Shown one piece after another: positions 12,989 to 25,700 of a DNA stretch of 64,000 nucleotides. Made by a program: the position numbers and the translations under genes. A model generated the notes under the pieces. It had not been told where the DNA came from and searched no databases. It saw nothing but the letters and a program-made list of their open reading frames with translations. Origin of the DNA: Lama guanicoe (lineage: Eukaryota); NCBI GenBank assembly GCA_013239625.1, contig MU054308.1, positions 107,356 through 171,355 on the forward strand, written 5' to 3'. Numbering within the stretch: the first letter of the stretch is position 1; every line of letters starts with the position of its first letter.

Positions 12989-15900
12989 AACAAGCTAGCT
13001 AAAGGATGGTTTCCACACACATTCAGATCTCAGAAGTGAGCATGTGGAGAGGTGTTCATTCATCCAGCATAAAGGGCCTGGGTACAAATAGAAACCATGT
13101 CTCTGATTTCTCAGCATGTTTCCTAGAGCTGGTTTCCAAGTAAAAGCAGCTTGCACTGGAAAACCAAGTTGAAATGAATGCCTCCCCATAGATATATAAG
13201 TAGCGTACTTCCCCTAACCCAGAAACTCTGTGTTCCCAACAAGCCAGCTGAAGGATGGCTTCCACACACCTTCAGATCTCAGAAGTGAGAATGTGGAGAG
13301 GCATTTATTAATGCAACATAAAGGGCCCGAGTACACCTAGAAACACTGACTGATTTCTCAGCATGTTTCCTAGAGCCAGTTTCCAAGTAAAGGCGATTTG
13401 CACTGCAAAACCGAGTTGGAGTGAGTGCCTCCCCATAGATATGTAAGTAGCGAAGTTCTCCTTACCCAGAAGCTCTGTGTTGCCAACAAGCTAGCTGAAA
13501 GACGGCTTTCACACACATTCTGTTCCAAGAATGGAACACATGGAGAGGCGTTCTTTTATCTAGCAGTAGGGTCATGGTACATCTATAAACAATTACTCTG
13601 ACTTATCAGCCTGTTTCCTATAGCTGGATTCAAAGGAAAGGCACTTTGGGCAGGAAAACCAATCTGGAGCCAGAGCATCCCCACAGATATGTAAGTAGTG
13701 TAGTTCCACCAACCTGGAAACTCTGTGTTGCCATAAAGCTGGCTGAAGGACAGCTTCCACAACCATTTGGATACCAGAATGGAACAAGTGGAGAGGCGTT
13801 CTTTCATCTAGCATAAGGGGCATGGGTACATGAAGAAACACTTACTCTTAATTCTCAGCATGTTTCCTAAAGCTGATTTCAAGGGAAAGGCCCTTTGTGC
13901 TGGGAAACAGCTGGAGCCAGTGCCTTCACATAGATATGAAAGTAGCATATTACCGCTAACCCAGAAATTCTGTTGCCAACAATCTAGCTCAAAGACGGTG
14001 TACACACACATTCAGATCAAAGAATGGAGCACGTGGAGATGCATTCTTTCTTCCACCATAAAGGGCATGGGAGCATCTAGAACACATACTCTGATTTCTC
14101 AGAATGTTTCCTAGAGCTGGTTTCAAGGGGAAGGTCTTTCATGCTGGAAAACCATGCTTTAGCCAGTGCCTCCCCATTGATTTGCAAATAAAGTAATTCC
14201 CCCAACTCAGAAACACTGTTACCAACAAGCTAGCTGAAGGATGGTTTCCACACACACACTCAGATCCCAGAATGTAGCATGTGGAGAGGCATTCTTTCAT
14301 CTAGCATAAATGGCATGGGTACATCTATACATACTCTGATTTCTCAGCATATTTCCTAGAGCCAGTATCAAGGGAAAGGCACTCTGCACTGGAAAACTGA
14401 GCTGGATCGAGTGCCTCCAGTAGATATATAAGTATCATAGTTCCCCTGACCTAGAAACTATGTTTTCCCAACAAGCTAGATGAAGGACGGCTTATACACA
14501 CATTCAGGTCAAAGAATGGAGCACGTGGAGAGGCGTTCTTCCTTCCACCATAAAGGGTATGGGTACATCTAGAAACACATACTCTGATTTCTCATCATCT
14601 TTCCTAGAGTCGGTTGAAATGGAAAGGCACTTTGCACTGGAAAATGAAGCTGGAGTGAATGCCTCCCCATAGATACGTAAATACCGAAGTTCCTCTAGCC
14701 CAGAAACTCTGTGTTGCCAACAAGCTAGCTGATGGAAAGCTTCCACACACATTTGGATCTCAGAATGCAGCATGTGGAGAGGCATCCTTTCTACTAGCAT
14801 AAAGGGCATGCGTACATCTAGAAACACTTACACTGATATCTCAGCATGTTTCCTAGAGCCGGTTTCAGTGGAAAGGCACTTTGCACTGAAGAAATAAGCT
14901 GGAGCTAGTGACTATGGTAGATATGTAAGTAGCCTAGTTCCCCTAATGCAGGAACTCTGCATTGCCAACAAGCTAGCTGAAGAAAAATTTTGACACACAT
15001 TTGGATCCCAGAATAGTGTATGTGGAGCGGTGTTCTTTCATCTTGCAAAAAGGGCATGAGTACATCAAGAAACACTTAGTCTAATTCCTCAGCATGGTTC
15101 CTAGAGCCTTTTCAAGGGAAAATCACTTTGCGCTGGAAAACGGAGCTGGAGCGAGAGCCTTCCCATAGATATGTAAGAAGCGTAGTTCCCCTAACCCAGA
15201 AATTCAGTGTTGCCAACAATTTAGCTGAAGGAAGGATTCCACACACATCTGGATCCCAGAATGGAGCTTGTGGAGAGGCGTTCTTACTTCTAACATAAAG
15301 TATCTTGGGTATATATAGGAACACTTACCCTTGTTATCTCAGCCTATTTCCTAGAGACAGTTTCAAGAGAAATGCACTTTGCACTGGAAAACCATGCTTT
15401 AGCCAGTGCTTCCCCATAGATATGCAAATAAGGTAGATTCACAAAATCAGAAACTGTTTGTTGCCAACAAGATAGCTGAAAGACAGCTTCCACACACACT
15501 CGTATCTGAGAATGAGACATGTAGATAGGCGATCTTTCATCTAGAATAAAGGGCATGGGTACATATAGAAACACTTACTCTGATTTCTAAGCATGTTTCC
15601 TAGAGCCCATTTCAAGGGAAATACACTTTGTGCTGGAAAACCGAGCTGGAGTCAGTGCCTACCCATAGATATGTAAGTACTGTTGTTCCCCTAACCCAGA
15701 AACTCTGTGTTGCCAACAAGCTAGCTGAAAGAAGGCTTCCACACACATTTGGTTCCTAGAATGGAGTATGTGGAGAGGCGTTCTTTCATCTAGTATAAAG
15801 GGAATGGGTACTTCTAGAAACACTTACTCTGATTTCTCAGTATGTTTCCTAGAGCCAGTTCCAAAGAAAGACACTTTGCACTGGAAAACCGACCTGAAGC

Positions 15901-16704
15901 CACTGCCTCCACATAGATATGTAAGTAGCATATTTCTCATTACCCAGAAGTTATGTGTTGCAAAGAAATTAGCTGAAGGATGGCTTCCACACACATTCGG
16001 ATCCCAGAATGGTGTATGTGGAGAGGCGTTTTTTCTTCCACAATAAAAGACGTGAGTAAATCTAGAAACACTTACTTTGATATCTCAGTATGTTTTCTAG
16101 AGCTGGTTTCAAGGGAAAGGCACTTTGAGTTGCAAAAACTTGCTTTAGCCAGTGCCTCCCCATAGATAATGTCAATAAAGAAGATCCCTGACCCAGAAAC
16201 TCTCTGTTACCAAAAATTTAGCTGAAGGACAGCCTGCACATACATTCAGATCCCAGAATGGAGCGTGTGGAGAGGCGTTCTTTCATCTAGCATAAAGAGC
16301 CTGGGTATATCTAGAAACAATTATTCAGACACCTCAGCATATTACCTAGAGCTGGTTTTAAGGGAAAGGCATATTGCACTGGAAACGCAAGCTGGAGCAA
16401 CTGCATCCTCATAGATATGAAAGTAGCGTAGTGCCCCTAACCAAGAAACTTTGTGTTAACAAGCTAGCTAGGAAAGTTTCCACACACATTTGGATCCCAG
16501 AATGCAAAATCTGGAGATGCGTTCTTTCATCTTTTATAATGGCATGTGTACATATAGAAAAACTTAATCTGATTTCTCAGCATGTTTTCTAGAACCCGTT
16601 TGACAGGAAAGGCACTTTGCTTGGGAAAACATAACTGGAACGAGTGGTTCCACACAGATATGTAAGTAGCATAGTTCTCCTAACCCAGAAACTCTGGATT
16701 GCCA
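12989..16704 (-). repeat. Satellite array, ~248-bp monomer, reverse-oriented block (~15 monomers)
   Basis: caagctagct-type marker at 12991, 13240, 13487, 13735 (spacing 247-249); ctgatttctcagcatgtttcctagag is the reverse complement of the motif in the right block. Confidence 0.96.
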
Positions 16705-19700
16705 TTACATGTCTATGGGGAGGCATTCCCTCCAACTGGGTCTTCCAGCACAAACTGCCTTTATTTTGAAAATGGACCTAGGAACCATGCTGAGAAATCA
16801 GAGTTAGTGTCCCTAGGTGAAACCAAGCTCTTTATGATGTATGAAAGAACACCTCTCCATATGATCACATCTGAGATTTGAATGTGTGTGGAAGCCGTCA
16901 TGCATGTAGCTTGTTGGGAACACAGAGTTTTATGGTGAGGTGAACTACACTTCTTCCATGTCTATGGGGAGGCACTAAACCAACTTGGTTTTCAAGCACA
17001 AACTGCCTTTATTTCAAAACTGGCTGTAGGAATCATGCTGAGAAATCAAAGTAAGTGTGCCTCGGTTAAACCATCTCCTTTATGCTGGATGGAAATTCAG
17101 CTATCCAAATACTCACATCTCAGATCTGAATGTGTGTCATAACTGTCATGCATGTAATGTGTGGGAACACACTGTTTTGTGTTGAGGGTAACTGTGGAAC
17201 TGACATGTCCATGGGAAAGCAATCCCTCCAACTGGTTATACCAGCACTAACTGCCTTTATTTCAAAAATGGCTCTAGGAACCATGATGAGAAATCAGTGT
17301 TAAGTGTTCCTAGGTATAAGTATGCCATTTATGCTGGATGAGAGAACGGCTCTCCACATGCTCACATCTGGGCTCTGAATGTTGATGCCATCATGCATGT
17401 GGCGTGTTGGGTACACAGAGTTTCGTGGTGAGGGGTACTATGTAACTTACATGTCCTTGGGGAAGCACTCCCTCTAACTTGGTATTCCAGCGCAAACTGC
17501 CTTTATTTTGAGAGTGGCTCTAGGAAACATGTTGAGAAATCAGAGTAAGTGTTCCTAGGTTTAATCATGGCATTTATGCTGGATGAAAGAACGGCTCTCA
17601 ACAAGCTCACATCTCAGATCTGATTGTATGTCAAAGCCATCATGCATGTAGCATGTTGAGAACAGAGTTTCATGGAGAAGAGTACTATCAAAATTACATG
17701 TCTATGGCGAAGCAATCGCTCCAACTGTGTATTTCAGCTCAAAGAGCCTTAATTTCATAACTGATTCTAGGAGCCATGCTGAGAAATAAGAGTAAGAGTT
17801 CCTAGGTGTAACCATGCCCTTTATGCTGGATGGAAGAACGGCTCCCCACATGCTCACATCTCAGATCTGAATGTGTGTGGAAGCCGTTATGCATGTAGTG
17901 TGATGACAACACAGATTTTCGTGGTGAGGGGAATTATACTACTAAAATGTCTAAGGGAAAGCCTTTGCTCCAAATGTGTTTTCCAGCACTAAATGCCTCT
18001 TACTTGGAAACTGGCTCTAAGAACCATGTTGATAAATCAGAGTAAGTGTTCCCAGGTATAACCATGCCCTTTATGCTGAATGAAAGAACAGCTCCCCACA
18101 TTCTCACATCTCACATCTGAATGTGTGTTGAAGCAGTCATGCATTCAGCCTGTTGGGAACACAGAGTTTCGTGGATAGGGGTACTATGAAAATTACATGT
18201 CTATTGGGAAGCAATAGTTCCAACTGTGTATTCCAGAACAAAGTGACTTAATTTCATAACTGACTCTAGGAACCATGCTGAGAAATCAGAGTAAGTGTTC
18301 CTAGATATAACCATGCCATTTATGGTGGAAGAAAGAACGGCCCTCCACGTACTCACAACTGTAATCTGAATGTGTGTCGATGCAGTCATGCATGTGGCGT
18401 GTTGGGAACACAGAGTTTCCTGGTGAGGGGTACTATGTAACATACATCTCTATGGGGAATCACTCGATCCAACTGTGTGTTCCATCACAAACTGTCTTAA
18501 TTTCAAAACTGGCTCAAGGATCCTTGCTGAGAAATCAGAGTAAGTGTTCCTAGGTATAAGCATGCCCTTTATGCTGAGTGAAAGAACGACTCCCCACAAG
18601 CTCATATCTCAGATATGAATGTGTGTTGAAACAGGCATGCATGTGGCATGTAAGGGACACAGTTTCATGGTGACAGGTACTATGTAACTTACATGTCCAT
18701 GGGGAAGCAATTCCTCCAACTAGGTATTCTAGCACAAACTGCCTTTATTTTAAAACTGGGTGTAGGTTCCATCATGAGAAATTAGAGTAATAAGTGTTCC
18801 TAGGTGTAACCATGCCCTTTATACTGGATGAAAGAATGGCTCTCCACATACTCACATCTCAGACCTGAATCTCTGTCAAAGCCATCATGAATGAGGCATG
18901 TTGGGAACACAGATTTTTGTGGTGTGCAGTTCTGTGTAACATACATGTCTATAGGGAAGCACTCTTTTCAAATATGTATTCTAGGACTAAGTGCCTTAAT
19001 TTCAAAGCTGACTGTAGGAACCATGCTGAGAAATCAGAGTAAGTGTTCCAAGGTAAAACCATGTCCTTTATGATTGATGGAAATTCGGCTCTCCTCATAC
19101 TCACATCTCAGATCTGACTGTGTGTCAAAGGCATCATGCATGTAACATGCTGGGAACATAGTTTTGTGTTAAGGGTAACTGTGGAACTTACTTGTCCATG
19201 GGGAAGCACTCCCTCTAACTGGATATGCCAGCAGAAACTGCCTTTATTTCAAAAATAGCTGTAGGAACCATGCTGAGAAATCAGCATAAGTATACCTAGG
19301 TAAAAGCATGCCATTTATTCTGCATGAGAAATCGGCTCAACACATGCTCATATCTGAGATCTGAATGTGTGTCAAAGCTATCATGCATTTAGCATGTTGG
19401 GAATACAGAGTTTTGAGGAGATGGGTAGTATCAAAATTACATGTCTATTGGAAGCACTCTCTCCAAGTGTGTATTGCAGTACCAAATGCCTTAATTTCAA
19501 AACTGACTCTAGGAACCATGCTGAGAAATCAGAGTAAGAGTTCTTAGGTGGAACCATGCTCTTTATGCTGGATGGAAGAACGGCTCTCCACATGTTCACA
19601 TCTCAAATCTGAATGTGTGTGGAAGCTGTCATGCATGTAGCATGTTGTGAACACAGATTTTCGTGGTGAGCGGAACTATGCTACTAAAATGTCTCAGGGA

Positions 19701-22700
19701 AGGCGCTTGCTTCAAATGTGTTTTCCAGCCCTAAATGCCTATTACTTGGAAACTGGCTCTAAGAACCATGTTGAGAAATCAGAGTGCATGCTCCCAGTTA
19801 GAACAAAGCTCTTTATGCTGAATAAGAGAACAGCTCCCCTCATGCTCAAATTTCAGATCTGAATGTGTGTCAAAGCCATCATGGATGAAGCATGTTGGGA
19901 ACACAGATTTTCGTGGTGCGCGGTTCTGTGTAACATACACGTCTATGGGGAAGCACCCGCTCCAACTATGTATTCCAGAACAAAGTGCCTTAATATCAAA
20001 ACTTATTCTAGGAACCATGCTGAGAAATTAGAGTAAAAGTTCCTAGGTGTAACCATGCCCTTTATGCTGGATGGAAGGTCGGCTCTCCACATGCTCACAT
20101 CTCAGATCTGAATGTATGTGGAAGCCGTCACTTCCGTGTAGTGTGCTGGGAACACAGATTTTCATGATGAGGCGAACTACGCTACTAAAATATCTAAAGG
20201 AAGGCACTCACTGCAATGTGTTTTCCATCGCTAAGTGCCTTAATTTAGAAACAGCCTCAGGGAACCATGCTGAGAAATCACAGTAAGTGTTCCTTGGTAT
20301 AACCATGCTATTTATGCTGGATGAAACAACGTTTCTCCACATGCTCACATCTCAGAGCTGAATGTGTGTTGAAGCTGTCATGCATGTGATGTGTTGGGAA
20401 CACAGAGTTTTAGGTGAGGGGAACTATGTAACTTACATGTCTATCGGGAAGCACTTTCTCCAAATGGGTATTCCAACACAAACTGCCTTTATTTCGAAAC
20501 TGGCTCAAGGATCCTTGCTGAGAAATCAGAGTAAGTTTTTCCAGTGCTACCAATCCCCTTCATGCTATATGAATGAATGCCTCTCCAAATGCTCACTTCT
20601 GAGGTCTGAATGTGTATGGAAGCCATCCTTCAGCTAGATTTTGAGAATACAGAGTTTCTGGCTTAGGAGAACTACGTTAGTTATATGTCTATGTGGAGGT
20701 ACTCACTCCAAATGGTTTTCCATGCTAACTGCCTTTACTTGGAAACCGGCTCTAGAAAACATACTAAGAAATCAGTGTAAGTGTTTTTAGATGTACCCAG
20801 GTCGTTTTTACTGGCTGAATGAATGCCTCTCCACATGCTTACTTCTCAGATATGTATCTGTGTGGAAGACGTCCTTTAGTTAGCTTGTTGGGAACACAGA
20901 GTTCTGGCTTAGTGGAACTATGCTACTTATATATCTATGGGGAGGCAGTCCTTTCAACTTGGTTTTCCAGTGCAAACTGTCTTTACTTGGAAACCAGCTC
21001 CAGGAAACCTGATGAGAATTGAGAGTTAGTGTTTCTAGATTTCCAGAGGCCCTTTATGCTGGATAAAAGAACGCCTGTACACATGGTCACTTCTGAATTC
21101 TGAATGTGTGTGGATGCCATGCTTCAGTTAGGTTTTGAGAACACAGAGTCTCTGGCTTAGGAGAACTACGTTACTTACATATCTATGGGGGCACTCACTC
21201 CAACACGTTTTTCCACACAAATTGCCTTTAGTTGGCAATCGGCTCTAGAAAACATGCTGAGAAATCAGAGTAAGTGTTTCTAGATCTACCCAGGCCCATT
21301 ATGCTAGATGAATGAAGGCCTCTCTACATGCTCACTTCTGAGAATTGAATGTGTGTGGAAGCCGTCCTTCAGCTATCTTGTTGGAATACAGTGTTTCTGG
21401 CTTAGGGGTACAATGGTACTTACATATCTATGGGGAGGCAGAAGCTCCAACTTGTTTTTTCAGCAGAAACTGACTTATTTGGAAACCAGCTCTAGGAAAC
21501 CTGCTGAGAAAATGGAATAAGTGTTTCTACATGTACCCAGGCCCTTTATGCTGGATGAATGAATGCCTCTCCACATGCTAATATCAGATATGAATGTGTG
21601 TGGAAACCATCCTTCAGCTAGCTTGTTTGCAACTCAGAGTTTTTGGCTTAGGGGAACTTCACTATTTATATATCTATACTGAGGCAATCACTCAAACTCA
21701 GTTTTCCAGCACAAACTGCCTTTACTTGGAAACCAGTTCTAGGAAACCTGCTGAGATATCAGAGTAAGTGTTTCTTGATGTACCCAAGCCCTTTATGCTG
21801 CATAAATGAATGCCTCTCCACATGCTCACTTCTGAGTTCTAAATGTGTGTGGAAGCCATACTTCAGTTGGCTTGTTGGGAACACAGAGTTTCTGACTTAG
21901 AAGAACTACATTACTTAGATATGTATGGAGAGGCACTCGCCTCTGCATGGTTTTCCATGCCAAACTGCCATTACTTGGAAACAGGCTCTAGGAAACATGC
22001 TGAGAAATCAAAGTCAGTGTTTCTACATGTACTCAGCCCCTTTATGCTGGATAAATGAACGCCTCTCCACATGCTCACTTCTGCGATCTGAATATGTGTG
22101 GAAGCAGTCCTTCAGCTATCTTGTTGGGAACAGAGACTTTCTGGCTTAGGGGACCTATGCTACTTACATATCAATGGGGGGGCACTCACTCCAACTCAGT
22201 TTTCTAGAACAAACTGCATTTACTTGGAAACCGGCTCTAGGAAACATGCTGAGAATTCAGAGACAGTGTTTCTAGATGCAACCAGGTCCTTTATGTTGGA
22301 TGAATGAACGCCTCTCCACATGCTCACTTCTGAGATCTGAATGTATGTGGAAGCCATCCTTCAGCTAGCTTGTTGGTAACACAGAGTTTCTGGCTTAGGG
22401 GATCTATGCTACTTACATATCTATGGGGAGGTACTCTCTCCAACTAGGTTTTCCATCGCAAAAGTCCTTTACCTTGTACAGGCTCTAGGATCCATGCTCT
22501 GAAATCAAGGTTACTGTATCTAGATGTACACTTGCCATTTGTGTTATATGAAAGTACGTTTCTCCACATATTCCATTCAGGAATCTGAATGTGTGTGGAA
22601 GCTTTTCTTCAACTACTTTGTTGGGAACACAAACTTTCTGGATTAGGGGCCCTATAAAACTATATATATAAGGGTTGGCCCTCTTTCCAACTCGGTTTTT

Positions 22701-25700
22701 AAGTGCAAGCTATCTTTATCTTGAAACTGTCTTTAGGAAACATACTGAGAAATCAGGGTAAATGTTTCTAGATATACCCTTGATCTTTGTTCTAGGTGAA
22801 TGTATGCTTCTCCACATATTTCACTATATGTTCCGAATGTATGTGCAAGCAGGTCTTCACCTACCTTGTGGGGAATACAGAGTTACTGGGTTAGGGACAC
22901 TGGCCTACCTATATATATTTAAGGAGAGGACTCACTCCAACTCGATTTTCCAGCACAAAATGCCTTTACCATAAAACCTGCCATAGGAAATATATTGAGA
23001 AATCAGGGTAAATGTTTCTAGATGTACCCTTGACCTTTGTGCTAGATCAATGAATGCTTCTCCACATGTTCCATTTTGGGAATCTATAGTGTGTGGAATC
23101 AGTCCTTCACCTATGTTGTTGGAGAGACAGAGTTTCTGGGTTGGGGCACTGGCCTACCTATATATATAAGGGAAGGCACTAGCTCCAACTCAATTTTCCA
23201 GTGCAAACTTCCTTTACATTAAAACCAGATCTAGGAAACATGCTGAGAAATCAGGGTTAGTGCTTCTAGATTATACACTTGCCTTTTGTGCCAGATGAAT
23301 AAACTCTTGTCCACATGTTCCATTCTGGGATCCAAATGTGTGTGGAAGCCATCCTTTTACTAACTTGTTGGGAACACAGAATTTCTGGGTTAGGGTTACT
23401 GGCCTATCTAAATATTTATAAGAGGAGGCAGTAACTCCAACTTGGTTTTCTAGTGCAAACTGTGTTTAATTTGAAACCTGCTCAAGAAAACATGCTGAGA
23501 AATCATGGTAAGTGTTTCTACATGTACCCTTGTCCTTTGTGCTAGATGAATGAATGCTTCACCACATGGTCCATTCTGGAAACCGAAAGTGTGTGGAAGT
23601 CATTCTTCACCTACCTTGTTGGGAATGCTGTGTTTCTGTGTTAGGGGCAATTGCCTACCTATATATATATATATAAGTGGAGGCACTCACTCCAATACAT
23701 TTCCAGCACAAATGGCCTTTACCATGAAACTGGCCTTAGGGAATATGTTGAGAAGTCAGGGTAAGTGTGTCTAGATTTACACTTGCCCTTTGTGCTACAT
23801 GAATGAACACTTCTCCACATGTTCCATTTTGGGATCCATATATGTGTGTAAGCCAATCTTCACCTGCCTTGTTGGGAACACAGAGTTCCTGGCTTAGGGG
23901 CATGGTCCTTCCTATATATATAAGGGGTGGCACTCGCTCCAAATTGGTTTTGCTGTGCAAACTTCCTTTACCTTGAAAGCAGCTCCATGATACATGATGA
24001 GAAATCAGTGTGTTTCTCTATGTAACATTTTCCTTTGTGCTAGATGAATGAATGCTTTTCCAGATGTTTCATTCTGGGATCCAAATATGTGTGGAAGCCT
24101 TCCTTCATGTACATTGTTGGAAACACAGAGTTTTTGGGTTAGTGGCACTGGCCTACCTTTGAGTGACACTAGCTCAAACTCGGTTTTACAGAGCAATCTG
24201 GCTTTATTTTGAAAGCTGGTCTAGGAAATTTGCTGAGAAATCAAGGTAATTGTTTCTAGATGTACACACGTGCTTTGGGCTAGATGAATGAAAGCTTCTC
24301 CACATGTTAATTTCTGGGTTCCAAATGTGTGTGGAGACAGTCCTTCACCTACTTGGTTGGGAACACAGAGTTTCTAGGTTAGGGTCATTGGCCTATCTGT
24401 ATATATAAAGGGAAGCAATTGCTCCAACTCAGAATTCCAGTGTAAAATGCCTTTACCGTGAAACCTGTTCCAGGAAACATGCTGAGCAATCAGGATAAGG
24501 GTTTCTAGATGTACACTTGCCCCTTTTGCTAGATGAATGAATGCTTATTCACTTGTTCCATTCAGGAACCTGAATGTGTGTGAAGCCCTTCCTTCTCCTA
24601 CCTTGTTGGGAACATTGAGTTTCTAGGTTAGGGGCACTGGGCTACCTATATATATAAGGGGAGGTACTCGCTCCACCTAGGTTTTCCAATGCAAAGTGCT
24701 TTTACCTTGAGAGAGGGTCTAGAAAACTTGCTTAGAAATTAGGGTAATTGTTCCTAGATGTACTCTAGCTTTTTGTGCTAAATCAATGAAAGCTTCTGCA
24801 TGTGTTCCATTCTGGGATCCAAATGTGGTGTAGAAATTGTCCTTCACTTACCTTGTTGGGGACAAAGAGTTTCTAGGTTAGGGGCACTGCCTACCTATAT
24901 ATATTAGTGAAGGCACTTGCTCCAACTCAGTTTTTTAGTGCAAACATTCATTACCTTGAAACCAGCTGTAGAAAACATACTGAGAAATCAGGGCATTTCA
25001 AGATGTAAATTTGCCCTTTGTGCCAGATGAATGAAAGCTTTTGCACATATTCCATTCTTGGATCCATATGTGTGTGGAAGTCATCCTTCACCTACCTTGT
25101 TGGAAACACAGTTTCTGGGTTAGAGACACTGATCTATCTGTATATATAAGTTGAGGCACTGGCCCCAACTCGGTTTTTCAGAGCAAACTGCCTTTACCTT
25201 GAAACTGGCATGAGGAAACATGCTGAGAAAACAGGGTAGTAGTTTCTAGGTATAACATTGACCATTCTGTTTGATTAAAGAGAGCTTCTGCACATGTTCC
25301 ATTCTGGGATCCAAATGAGTGTGGAAGCCGACCCTCCACTACCTTGTTGGGAATAGAGTTTCTGGGTTAGTGGCACTGTCCTGTTTATATATATATATGG
25401 GGAGGCACTCATTCCAACTCGGTTTTCCAAAGCATTCTGCCTTTACCTTGAAACCGGCTCTAGGAAACATATTGAAAAATCAGGGTAAGTGTTGCTAGAT
25501 TTACATTACCGTTTGTGCTAGATGAATGAACGCTTCTGCACATTATCCATTCTGGGATCTGAATGTATGTGGAAGCCGTCCTTCACCTACCTTGATGGCA
25601 ACACAGAGTTTCTGGGTAAGGGGCACTGGCCTACCTATATATATAAGTTGAGGCACTGGCCCCAACTTGGTTTTCCGGAGCAAACTGCCTTTACTTTGAA

